Shown here: positions 19,482-27,628 of the stretch, one piece after another
Layout: every line of letters starts with the position of its first letter
Numbering within the stretch: position 1 is the first letter of the stretch
DNA from: Bacteroidales bacterium UBA5235
GTDB taxonomy: Bacteria > Bacteroidota > Bacteroidia > Bacteroidales > VadinHA17
Direction: 5' to 3'
DNA: 64,000 nucleotides
NCBI GenBank assembly: GCA_002409145.1
Contig: DHUL01000044.1
Coordinates: 29,400 to 93,399, forward strand
Translations under genes and position numbers: made by a program
The notes under the pieces: generated by a model
Told to the model about the DNA's origin: nothing
Database searches by the model: none
What the model saw: the letters and a program-made list of their open reading frames with translations, nothing else

Positions 19482-20600
19482 TCATAAGGGGATGGTTACG
19501 GTAAACCTGCTGCCTTTCCCCGGTGAGCTTTCCAGCTGAACGGATCCTCCGTAAAGGTCAATAATCTTCCTTGCAATTGAGAGACCGAGTCCGCTTCCTG
19601 ATATGTTCTTCGTCTCGCTGGTCCTTATCCTCACAAAGTCCTGGAACAGCTTCTCCTGATCTTCGGTACTGATGCCGATCCCCGTATCTTCAACAACAAT
19701 TGAACAGGAATTTTTGGATCTGGAGATGTCAATAAAAACCTCACCTTCATCATGATTATATTTCACTGCATTTGAGACAAGATTACTTATGATGATCTCC
19801 ATCTCATTGCGGTCAGCCCTGATGAAACAGTTTTCAGGAATGTCGGCATGAATCTTTACCTTCTTTTGTTTCGCGAGAGGCTCGATGGTGTCTGTCACGC
19901 TTTTGGCCACCTCATGGAGGTCAACATTGGTAATGTGGCGGTTTTTCTTCCCTGCCTCTATTTTTGTAAGGTCTATGAGATCGGTAATAAGGGCCCTCAT
20001 TCCCCTGAGGCGCTCCTTGCATCTCTCCAGCATCACCACGTAATCATCAACTGAGTCGCCAACCTGTTTTTCGAGGATAATGTTGAGGTATCCCTCTACG
20101 GCGTTGATAGGTGATTTCAGTTCATGGGACAGCACCGAAAGGAACTGGAACTGGCTCTGCCTGCCCTCCTCAGTCATCTGCGTGGTCATCCGGCTCAGGA
20201 AGAGGTTTTTTGTAATGGCTTCCACTGCCGTTCTCAGCTCCTGGGGAGTAAAGGGCTTGGGCATGAAACTGTGTGCTCCCATGGTGGTGGCTTTGACGGC
20301 CAGGTCAAGTGAAGCGTATGATGTTATCATCATTACTGCAATGTCATACTTTTCCTCCCGGATATACTCCAGCACTTCGATACCATCCATCCCGGGCAGC
20401 TTGTTGTCCAGGAGCAGTATATCGATGGGTACGCTGTCAATTATCCGGAGAGCCTCTTCACCGCTCTCGGCTGTCATTATCTCATATGTGAAGTCTTCAT
20501 CGAGGAAGGGGTAAGTTACCCGGAAGTTCCTCATAGCCCTCTCGGTGCCTGATCTGATGCCGGGTTCGTCATCAACAACCAGTAGTTTCAGTTCGCTCAT
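19482..20600 (-). CDS. Hybrid two-component protein: N-terminal receiver plus HisKA/HATPase_c histidine kinase, no TM segment
   Basis: 372 aa. LLVVDDEPGIR...LLDNKLPGMDG (REC), FLSVLSHELKSPIN (H-box), N/G boxes (SNAVKYN, DTGIGI, GSGLGLSIA). Confidence 0.9.
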   Translation of the reverse strand: MSELKLLVVDDEPGIRSGTERAMRNFRVTYPFLDEDFTYEIMTAESGEEALRIIDSVPIDILLLDNKLPGMDGIEVLEYIREEKYDIAVMMITSYASLDLAVKATTMGAHSFMPKPFTPQELRTAVEAITKNLFLSRMTTQMTEEGRQSQFQFLSVLSHELKSPINAVEGYLNIILEKQVGDSVDDYVVMLERCKERLRGMRALITDLIDLTKIEAGKKNRHITNVDLHEVAKSVTDTIEPLAKQKKVKIHADIPENCFIRADRNEMEIIISNLVSNAVKYNHDEGEVFIDISRSKNSCSIVVEDTGIGISTEDQEKLFQDFVRIRTSETKNISGSGLGLSIARKIIDLYGGSVQLESSPGKGSRFTVTIPL

Positions 20601-20669
20601 GATCAGAAAACGATTAACAGGAGTTCCTGAATGTACAAAACAAAAACCGGAAACAAAAATCAGGTGAAG

Positions 20670-21140
20670 TCAGTTTCCGGATTTCCTCATCCTGTTACGC
20701 TCCTGCCGCCGGAGTATCAGGTATGTAATCAGTCCGGCAACAGATGACACGATCAGTGCCAGGATAAGACTGCCTGTGACGAACTGCAGCATCCCTTCAG
20801 TGACATCTCTGAAGTCGGTGATACTGTTTAATTCAGGATCTATGGCTCCGCTGCCCAATATTATTCCTCCGAACAGGTAGCTTCCATAGATAATAAAAGG
20901 GATCAGTGGTGGCAGGCTTATGGCGCTGGAACCGATTGTCAGTATCTTGTTAAGCCTGAAAAGATAACTTGCTGCAATTGCAGTCACCGTCTGAAATCCC
21001 CATATGGGTGACAGGCCTATGAATACACCTGTTGCAACAGACAGGGTCTTGCACCTTTTTGTGCCAGAGGTTGATAATAACTCTGCTATAACATTCGCGA
21101 GGTTTTCCTTCAGGCTGCTCCTGTTTTCCTTTTCATTCAT
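20670..21140 (-). CDS. DUF2062-domain membrane protein
   Basis: 156 aa. GVFIGLSPIWGFQTVTAIAASYLFRLNK...SLPPLIPFI recalled as the DUF2062 pattern. Three or four TM helices. Confidence 0.6.
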   Translation of the reverse strand: MNEKENRSSLKENLANVIAELLSTSGTKRCKTLSVATGVFIGLSPIWGFQTVTAIAASYLFRLNKILTIGSSAISLPPLIPFIIYGSYLFGGIILGSGAIDPELNSITDFRDVTEGMLQFVTGSLILALIVSSVAGLITYLILRRQERNRMRKSGN

Positions 21141-21210
21141 GCATCGGGAATTGTCAGTGCTTCACCTGGACATCGCGGAGGCGTTAATGTGATCCTTCTC
21201 AAGAGGCTTT

Positions 21211-21534
21211 TTATGGATTAAAGTTAATTCTCTTTGCAATTGTCCTGTCCCTCCAAATAAGGTTGTTGTACAAATATAGATCAATTTGCAGGTTCAGGCA
21301 ATCACCTTTCTGGTAACGGTTTCTGCATTCCAGCCACAGAACGAGGTACCTGCCATTATCATTAACGAAAGTACCGGAGAGGCTGCAGATGACAGTGCGC
21401 GGACTTTCAGGCAGTCCCTTCAGACTTCCTTGGGTCCGCGCCTGGCTTCCCTGACAGGGTAACAGTATGCCGGTTTCTGATGACAATGCCAACAGAATAA
21501 CTGCTCCGGCAACGGTGATTACAATCTTGTTCAC
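21211..21534 (-). CDS. Hypothetical small secreted protein
   Basis: 107 aa with an N-terminal hydrophobic signal and four Cys. No recognisable family. Confidence 0.4.
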   Translation of the reverse strand: MNKIVITVAGAVILLALSSETGILLPCQGSQARTQGSLKGLPESPRTVICSLSGTFVNDNGRYLVLWLECRNRYQKGDCLNLQIDLYLYNNLIWRDRTIAKRINFNP

Positions 21535-21546
21535 AGTTGGTGGATT

Positions 21547-22014
21547 CTATCGGTAACCGTTGACAACAAACTCGCATTTATTGCTTTCCCACAGGGTTGA
21601 TTCGACAATAAGAGAGTATCCTCCATCAAGACTTTCAACCTGTGCTCTGACGGGATTGATACAGTAGATGTTGCAGGGTCTGGGCAGGTTCATCTTCTTC
21701 GCGATGGCGCAGAGGAGGCATGTCTGGCCCGTGGCTGTGAGCTTCTCTTCTCCCTCTTCAATATCCCAGGAGATGCAACCAAACACCTCTGAGAAGGTAT
21801 TAAAGACTCCTGCCGGGGTGGTGATCTGCAGCTGTGCCAGCTGGCCTTTGGCCGCCATCCTCTGTTCCTTTTCCTTTTGAGCTTCAACGTCGGCAAGGAT
21901 ACCGGCTTCAGAGTAGCGTCTGACTGAATCTGCAAGTACTGCCGCGTAGAATAGCTGCAGCATTTTTAATCTTTTTTCCGTTTCCATTATTTTATGGTTA
22001 AGTTTGTTATGCAA
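21547..22014 (-). CDS. Hypothetical Cys-rich protein (possibly ATC-hydrolase-like fold)
   Basis: 155 aa. The CLLCAIAKK...PCNIYCINP...KCEFVV cysteine spacing resembles my recollection of PF14196. Weak. Confidence 0.35.
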   Translation of the reverse strand: MHNKLNHKIMETEKRLKMLQLFYAAVLADSVRRYSEAGILADVEAQKEKEQRMAAKGQLAQLQITTPAGVFNTFSEVFGCISWDIEEGEEKLTATGQTCLLCAIAKKMNLPRPCNIYCINPVRAQVESLDGGYSLIVESTLWESNKCEFVVNGYR

Positions 22015-22063
22015 AGTTGGGGCGGCCCGGAATGCCGCTCAATAGTGATCAATCATCATTTTC

Positions 22064-22831
22064 ATGGACATTCAGTCACTGCAGAAGAGGATGACCAGGC
22101 TTCTCGACAGCCAGAGACCTTCACCCGAACACACTGATTATTCCATTCTGAACTACCATATGCGGCTGCTTGAGCAGATAGCCCTGATGGAAAACAGTTC
22201 AATGACGATATACGATCTCCTTCAGAAGAAGTACGTCTTTGTCCGTAACCGGTTCCGTGAGCTGATTGATTATGATGAGGAGGCTGCTGCCGAGCAGGGT
22301 TATGCCTTTTTTTTCCGTTTGATGCACCCTGACGACATCTCTTTTGTGCTTGACACGACTATAAGAGCCATTGAACATATTACCGGGCTGCCTCCCGCAG
22401 GACGAAAGGATTACAAGACCATCTTCGAGTTCAGGTTGAGAAACCGCGAAGGAAGGTATATCAGGTTTATCCAGCAACTGGTAAATCTCGAACTGGATCT
22501 GCAGGGGAATATGTGGCTGGTACTTATCGTGATGGATATTAATCCGAATCAGCAGGGAGGGAAGCAGATGCTGCGCAGCACGGTGAACATGAAGACAGGG
22601 AAGGTAGTGCCGTTCACCGAAGAAATTGAGGAGAAGCAGTCGCAGCTCACAAAAAGGGAGATAGAGATCCTCGGGTTGCTTGCCAGGGGTATGGTAAGCA
22701 AGGAGATTGCCGAAGAACTTTTTATCAGTGTCAACACGGTGAATAATCATCGCCAGAGGATCATAGAAAAAATGGATGTGGCCAATACCTCGGAAGCCCT
22801 TAACTATGCAATGAGAATAGGAATAATATAA
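22064..22831 (+). CDS. LuxR-family transcriptional regulator with PAS-like sensor domain
   Basis: 255 aa. C-terminal LTKREIEILGLLARGMVSKEIAEELFISVNTVNNHRQRIIEKM is a LuxR/GerE HTH. The N-terminal roughly 170 aa are PAS-like. Confidence 0.85.
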   Translation: MDIQSLQKRMTRLLDSQRPSPEHTDYSILNYHMRLLEQIALMENSSMTIYDLLQKKYVFVRNRFRELIDYDEEAAAEQGYAFFFRLMHPDDISFVLDTTIRAIEHITGLPPAGRKDYKTIFEFRLRNREGRYIRFIQQLVNLELDLQGNMWLVLIVMDINPNQQGGKQMLRSTVNMKTGKVVPFTEEIEEKQSQLTKREIEILGLLARGMVSKEIAEELFISVNTVNNHRQRIIEKMDVANTSEALNYAMRIGII

Positions 22832-22844
22832 AGTGAGATTTGAG

Positions 22845-23183
22845 ATGAGTGATTTTCAGATGCTGATTGATGAGCTTGTTAAATTTCGCGATGCCAGGCA
22901 GTGGGAACAGTTTCACAACACCAAGGATCTTGCGCTTGCGCTGTCAATAGAGGCTGCCGAGCTGAACGAGCTCTTCTTATGGAAGCCGGTTGCCGAGTGT
23001 GAGAATGTTGACAGGGCCAGGCTAAGGGAGGAGCTTGCCGATGTATTTGCCTACGGCCTGTTGCTTGCCGGCAAGCACGGCCTTGACGTCAGGGAGATAG
23101 TCCTTGAAAAGATCAGGAAGAACAACGAGAAGTACCCGGTTGACAAGTCAAAGGGTTCGGCAAGGAAGTACAATGAGCTGTGA
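22845..23183 (+). CDS. MazG-like nucleotide pyrophosphohydrolase
   Basis: 112 aa from ATG 22845 (track gives GTG 22833). FRDARQWEQFHNTKDLALALSIEAAELNELFLWK and ELADVFAY are typical of the small MazG family. Confidence 0.8.
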   Translation: MSDFQMLIDELVKFRDARQWEQFHNTKDLALALSIEAAELNELFLWKPVAECENVDRARLREELADVFAYGLLLAGKHGLDVREIVLEKIRKNNEKYPVDKSKGSARKYNEL

Positions 23184-23228
23184 TTGCTTTCAGGAGGGTG
23201 GCGAACCTCAGTAACCTTATAAGATTGA

Positions 23229-23741
23229 ATGATGATAAAACTGTTGTCTGGCGATATTACGAAGATCGCAGTTGATGCGATAGTCAACGCAGCAAATTCC
23301 ACCCTGCTCGGAGGGGGCGGGGTTGACGGAGCAATTCACAGGGCTGGAGGCAAGAGTGTCCTGGACGAATGCATGAGGATAGTTGAAAGGCAGGGAGGCT
23401 GCCCGCCGGGAGAGGCAGTGATAACGATGGCCGGGAAGTTACCGGCCAGGCATGTCATCCATACAGTAGGACCGGTATGGCACGGTGGCATGAACAATGA
23501 AGATCAGCTGCTCACAAACGCATATAACAACTCGTTGAGGCTTGCGGTGGAGAACGGAGCAAAAACCGTTGCATTTCCCAATATCAGCACCGGAGTATAT
23601 TGCTTTCCGAAAGAGAGGGCGGCAAGGATCGCAATCGAAGCAGTCCGGAAGTTTCTAAAATCCGACAAAACCCTGAATGAAGTGGTTTTCGTTTGTTTTG
23701 ACCGGGAGAATTATGAAATATATGAGCGACTGTTGAAGTAA
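23229..23741 (+). CDS. Macro-domain protein (O-acetyl-ADP-ribose deacetylase, YmdB-like)
   Basis: 170 aa. [34 protein letters not shown] and [10 protein letters not shown]. Confidence 0.9.
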   Translation: MMIKLLSGDITKIAVDAIVNAANSTLLGGGGVDGAIHRAGGKSVLDECMRIVERQGGCPPGEAVITMAGKLPARHVIHTVGPVWHGGMNNEDQLLTNAYNNSLRLAVENGAKTVAFPNISTGVYCFPKERAARIAIEAVRKFLKSDKTLNEVVFVCFDRENYEIYERLLK

Positions 23742-23789
23742 GAAGTTAGATTATTTCCACATTTGTGCTATAATTTAAACCTGATAGCC

Positions 23790-24428
23790 ATGCAAAGTGC
23801 AGAAAGCCTGAAAAAGAGAATAGAAATGGAACAGAGAAATGATTCCAAAAGAGAAGCTCCTTCCGGCACAGCGACAATTAAACTGGGTGATGATTCAGGT
23901 TCAGGTGAAATTCTTGTTTTTACGTCCCTTTGTAATGTTTATAAGGTTCAGAAGAAGGAGATCCTGGACAAGGTACAGGCATTGCAGAAGATTGACCTCG
24001 AACCGGGAGAGAGACCGATTTATCTTACCGGAGAAAAGAGATACAAGGGCTTCCTGATCGTGGCATTTGAAAATGGGAAAATAGGGAAGATTTCCATGGG
24101 AAGCTATCAGACCGAGTATGCCAGGAAAAAACTGAAGAGTGCCTTCAACAGCGAATCACGGCTGATCTTCATTGAACTGATTGAGCAAGACATTGACCTT
24201 GTAAGCATGAGCAGCATTAAAAAGGTAGTTGTATTCAACACATCCCTGATCAATGCAGTGGAGAGCAGGACAACGAAGGGTGTACAGCTGATGAAACCGA
24301 AGGACGGCAGCGTCATGATAAAGGTCAGCAGGCTGGAAAACACAAAACTGGCTGATCCTGAATACTACCGTAAGAGTGACTCGCTCAATGCAATCGGATT
24401 TTACCTGAAGCCGGGGGATGAAGTCTGA
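23790..24428 (+). CDS. Orphan GyrA/ParC C-terminal-domain-like (beta-pinwheel) protein or gene remnant
   Basis: 212 aa from ATG 23790. Blade-like repeats (ILVFTSLCNVYKV, IVAFENGKIGKISMGSY, VVVFNTSLINAVESRTTKGVQLMKPKDGSVMI). No topoisomerase catalytic domain upstream. Confidence 0.35.
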   Translation: MQSAESLKKRIEMEQRNDSKREAPSGTATIKLGDDSGSGEILVFTSLCNVYKVQKKEILDKVQALQKIDLEPGERPIYLTGEKRYKGFLIVAFENGKIGKISMGSYQTEYARKKLKSAFNSESRLIFIELIEQDIDLVSMSSIKKVVVFNTSLINAVESRTTKGVQLMKPKDGSVMIKVSRLENTKLADPEYYRKSDSLNAIGFYLKPGDEV

Positions 24429-24792
24429 TTCTCTGCATGGATCAGTCCCATTCCGGATTCATGGCCCCTTCACATTTTTACTGACATCATAAACATAAAT
24501 GCAGCAACAATCCTGAGCAATCCATGCATGTAAGGCGACCAGGAGATCCATTTGTCTGTCAGATTTTTCATTTTACATCATTTTATGTCTTCGATTTGAA
24601 ATTTCCGGTAGTTATCTGGTAAAAAACAAACCCCGCACCAGGAAAGTTTCACTTTCTTCGGTAATACAAAACATAGTACACTGAAAAAGATGCTAATGAG
24701 ATAAATACCAAGCTGAGGATATTGAAAATGTTCAACCGACTGTTTTATTGGCCTGTCGCTTTCAACCGCCAGAGGCTGACGCGGTGGGCAAT

Positions 24793-24828
24793 AAAAAAAC
24801 CACCGCAGGACTCCCTGCGGTGGTTTTT
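24793..24828. terminator. Bidirectional rho-independent terminator
   Basis: A7-CCACCGCAGG-ACTC-CCTGCGGTGG-T6: a perfect 10-bp stem abutting the 3' end of tRNA-Pro. Confidence 0.85.
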
Positions 24829-24904
24829 TGGTCGGGGTGAGAAGACTCGAACTTCCGGCCCCTACGTCCCGAACGTAGTACGCTACCAACTGCGCTACAC
24901 CCCG
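24829..24904 (-). tRNA. tRNA-Pro (anticodon CGG), CCA encoded
   Basis: Reverse complement CGGGGTG-TA-GCGC-AGTTGGTA-GCGT-A-CTACG-TTCGGGA-CGTAG-GGGCC-GGAAG-TTCGAGT-CTTCT-CACCCCG-A-CCA. 76 nt with a perfect cloverleaf. Confidence 0.93.
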
Positions 24905-24990
24905 ATACGTCTTCCGGATCCGTCAGCCGGCGGAAGCAGAGGACTACCCGAATAAAATTCAGGTTCGCAAAAATAATAAAATTTTTGTCC

Positions 24991-25012
24991 TGAAGGAACT
25001 TTTTGACTATTT
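24991..25012. repeat. Direct repeat copy A (TGAAGGAACTTTTTGACTATTT)
   Basis: 21 of 23 identical to copy B at 26092-26114. Related to copy C. Confidence 0.7.
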
Positions 25013-25032
25013 CTCAATTAACACTATGTTTC

Positions 25033-25051
25033 TGAAAATCTTTTGACTATT
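25033..25051. repeat. Direct repeat copy C (TGAAAATCTTTTGACTATT), includes the CDF stop codon
   Basis: Shares the CTTTTGACTATT core. CTA at 25047-25049 is the complement of the CDF TAG stop. Confidence 0.6.
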
Positions 25052-25955
25052 GATGATCAATGCCGATATCAAGCATCGATTCAGGATCTTCAACCGGTTC
25101 GATGTGTGTGAAAACTGTCGTTGGCGAATCAGGAAACAGCATCCGGACATCCTTTTCTACTTTCTCGGCAAGCATGTGTCCCTGGTGAAGATTCCACTTT
25201 CCAGGCATCTGCAGGTGCACTGAAATGAATTTCCTCTGTCCTGACTGTCTGGTCAGCAGGGAGTGGAATGTTAAATTCTGTTGCCCGTAGCCTTCAAGAA
25301 TACCGGTAATTTTCCGTATCTCATTTTGCGGCAGCGAAGTATCGAGCAAGCCCATTGCTGACTTTCTCATGAGCTGATAACCTGTCCAGACAATATTCAG
25401 GGCAACTCCAATAGCAACAATGGCATCAAGAATCATCCATCCGGTCAGTTTGACAAGTGCAATTCCAAGGAGGACGCCTGCAGAAGTCATGACATCTGTC
25501 CTTAAGTGTTTGCCATCAGCTTCCAGGGTTATTGAGTTGTGTTTTTGCCCGTTTCTGATCAGGATGATTGAGACGACGAGGTTAATCAATGAGGCGCTTA
25601 AAGCAATTATCAGCCCTATTCCTAATTTTTCAAGAGGCTGCGGATCAATGATCCTTGGTACGGCTGACCAGATAATGGTGCCAGCCGCAAGGACGATCAG
25701 ACCGCCCTCAATTGCGCTGGAAAAATATTCAGCCTTATTATGTCCGAATTCATGCCTCTCGTCAGGCGGCTTTTCTGCAAGGTTCAGCATGAACAGAGCA
25801 ACAAGAGCGGCAGCGAGGTTAACGCATGACTCCAGGCCGTCAGAAAGAAGTCCTACTGAATTTGTAAGAAAATATGCTGTAAGCTTTATGGATATTGTAG
25901 CAACTGCAGCAGCAATTGAGAGATAAATGAATTTTCTGAGTGATGAAGAGGCCAT
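25047..25955 (-). CDS. Cation diffusion facilitator (CDF) family metal efflux transporter
   Basis: 302 aa, six TM helices. LLSDGLESCVNLAAALVAL and HLRTDVMTSAGVLLG (HxxxD), plus a C-terminal cytoplasmic domain. Confidence 0.9.
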   Translation of the reverse strand: MASSSLRKFIYLSIAAAVATISIKLTAYFLTNSVGLLSDGLESCVNLAAALVALFMLNLAEKPPDERHEFGHNKAEYFSSAIEGGLIVLAAGTIIWSAVPRIIDPQPLEKLGIGLIIALSASLINLVVSIILIRNGQKHNSITLEADGKHLRTDVMTSAGVLLGIALVKLTGWMILDAIVAIGVALNIVWTGYQLMRKSAMGLLDTSLPQNEIRKITGILEGYGQQNLTFHSLLTRQSGQRKFISVHLQMPGKWNLHQGHMLAEKVEKDVRMLFPDSPTTVFTHIEPVEDPESMLDIGIDHQ

Positions 25956-26091
25956 TAAATCTGTCCCGGTTTGTTCAGTAAATTTAGGATTTCTGCAGGA
26001 CCTTCAGCATTTCCGGTATTTCATTGTGAATTCAATTATCTGAGCGGAAAAGCAATAGTCTGAAGTGAATTTTTTAATTGCTGGTGTGTTG

Positions 26092-26114
26092 TGAAAGGAG
26101 CTTTTTGACTATTT
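26092..26114. repeat. Direct repeat copy B (TGAAAGGAGCTTTTTGACTATTT), includes the response-regulator stop codon
   Basis: CTA at 26109-26111 is the complement of the TAG stop of the 26109-26498 gene. Confidence 0.7.
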
Positions 26115-26498
26115 ATGAGTAAGCTCGGCGATCTTGTGATGCAAATCGTTACTGCTCACCGGCTTGGGCAGGTAATCAGTACAGCCTGCCTCCAGTGCCC
26201 GCTTCCGGTCATCGGGGAAAGCATATGCCGTGACAGCTACAATCGGCAGCATGCCATAACCATCCTCGGCACGCAGTCTGCGCGTCAGCGAGAGCCCGTC
26301 CTCATCACCTTTAAGAGAGATGTCCATCAACACAAGATCAAACTTCCGGTCATGAAGCTGATCCCATGCTTCTGCGGCGGATTCGGCCACAGCAGTGTCA
26401 TACAGGCCTGACAGCAGCTTTGTGAAATAAAGCTGACTATGCGGGTCATCCTCAACAATAAGTATGGTCATGCGCTTTGATGATGACGGGTCCTTCAT
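26109..26498 (-). CDS. Single-domain response regulator (CheY-like receiver)
   Basis: 129 aa. ILIVEDDP...DLVLMDISLKGDEDG...PIVAVTAYA...DYLPKP. No output domain. Confidence 0.9.
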   Translation of the reverse strand: MKDPSSSKRMTILIVEDDPHSQLYFTKLLSGLYDTAVAESAAEAWDQLHDRKFDLVLMDISLKGDEDGLSLTRRLRAEDGYGMLPIVAVTAYAFPDDRKRALEAGCTDYLPKPVSSNDLHHKIAELTHK

Positions 26499-27610
26499 AT
26501 CTTAATCAGTTTGTATGATAAAGATCCAAGTTTAATCTTTTCCCCGTGAAGGAGTCCCGTTTTCCAGTCGGTGCTGCCATGCACCAGCCGGAATTTATCC
26601 TCTCCGCGGAGATCATTGCCGTTTTCCTTCTCCCGCAAATGCCGTGCCGCAGGTGCATTCATCACCATATCGACACTGGCCTTGTCAAGGGCCACAGGGT
26701 CAGTTGAAGCTGCAATTCCTATATCCTCCACCAGCGGTCTGTCGTTATGCCCCCAGCAGTCGCAATCGGGCGATACATCCATGATGAAGTTCACATGCAG
26801 TGCCGGTTTATCCCTGACCACAGCATAGGCATATTCGGCAATCTTTCTGTTCAGTGCGTCACTCTCGGAGTTCCCCTGCACCCTCGCAGCATCAAACTGG
26901 CAGACAGCCACGCACTGGCCGCAGCCTGTGCATCTGTCATAATCGATATAAGCCTTTCTGTCATCACCCAGGTGAACGGCATCATGGGCACAATTGTTTA
27001 CGCATATTTTGCAGCCGGTACAGTTCTTCTGGTAAATGAAGGGAGGATTCCCGGAGTGCAGGAAAAGCTTTCCTCCAACCGAGGCACAGCCCATCCCGAG
27101 GTTCTTCAGGGCACCACCGAAACCGGTCTGCTCATGCCCCTTGAAGTGGCTCATTGAAATAATTATATCTGCATCGGAAATTGCTGTACCGATCATTGCC
27201 TTTCGCGTATAATCAAGGTTGACTTCTATCTCACGGTAGTCAGTTCCCTTTATTCCGTCGGCTATTACCACATGGCACCCGGCACTCAGGGGGTTGTAAC
27301 CGTTGGAGAACGCGGCATTAAGGTGGTCGGGGGCATTGTTCCTCTCCCCTGAATAAAGCGTGTTGCAATCTGTCAGATAAGGCTTGCCGCCCCTCTCCCT
27401 TACCATGGAAGCCACCTTTGCTGCAAAGTTGGGTCTTAGATATGCAAGATTGCCCGGCTCGCCAAAATGGATCTTTATGGCAGTCATCTTACGGTTGAAA
27501 TCCATTTTTTCAAAACCGGCAGCCTTCACCAGCCTCTCCAGCTTCTTAAGCAGGTTCAGTGATGATGTGCAGTGCATATCTGTAAAAAATACCTCTGAAG
27601 TTTCCATCAT
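26495..27610 (-). CDS. DUF362-domain protein with two [4Fe-4S] ferredoxin motifs
   Basis: 371 aa. CTGCKICVNNC and CTGCGQCVAVC motifs inside a DUF362-like scaffold (IKIHFGEPGN..., SHFKGHEQTGFGGALKNLGMG). 4-nt ATGA overlap with the downstream receiver gene. Confidence 0.75.
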   Translation of the reverse strand: MMETSEVFFTDMHCTSSLNLLKKLERLVKAAGFEKMDFNRKMTAIKIHFGEPGNLAYLRPNFAAKVASMVRERGGKPYLTDCNTLYSGERNNAPDHLNAAFSNGYNPLSAGCHVVIADGIKGTDYREIEVNLDYTRKAMIGTAISDADIIISMSHFKGHEQTGFGGALKNLGMGCASVGGKLFLHSGNPPFIYQKNCTGCKICVNNCAHDAVHLGDDRKAYIDYDRCTGCGQCVAVCQFDAARVQGNSESDALNRKIAEYAYAVVRDKPALHVNFIMDVSPDCDCWGHNDRPLVEDIGIAASTDPVALDKASVDMVMNAPAARHLREKENGNDLRGEDKFRLVHGSTDWKTGLLHGEKIKLGSLSYKLIKI

Positions 27611-27628
27611 ATAGTAAAAGGTGTGGGC

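Noticed and set aside
20670-24904. Genomic island integrated at the 3' end of tRNA-Pro
   Set aside because: There is no integrase, transposase or mobilisation gene. I could not find a direct repeat of the tRNA 3' segment at lower coordinates. The gene content is only mildly accessory-looking.
24578-24955. ORFs 24578-24889 (-) and 24722-24955 (+)
   Set aside because: Both run through the tRNA-Pro gene and its terminator, so they are spurious.
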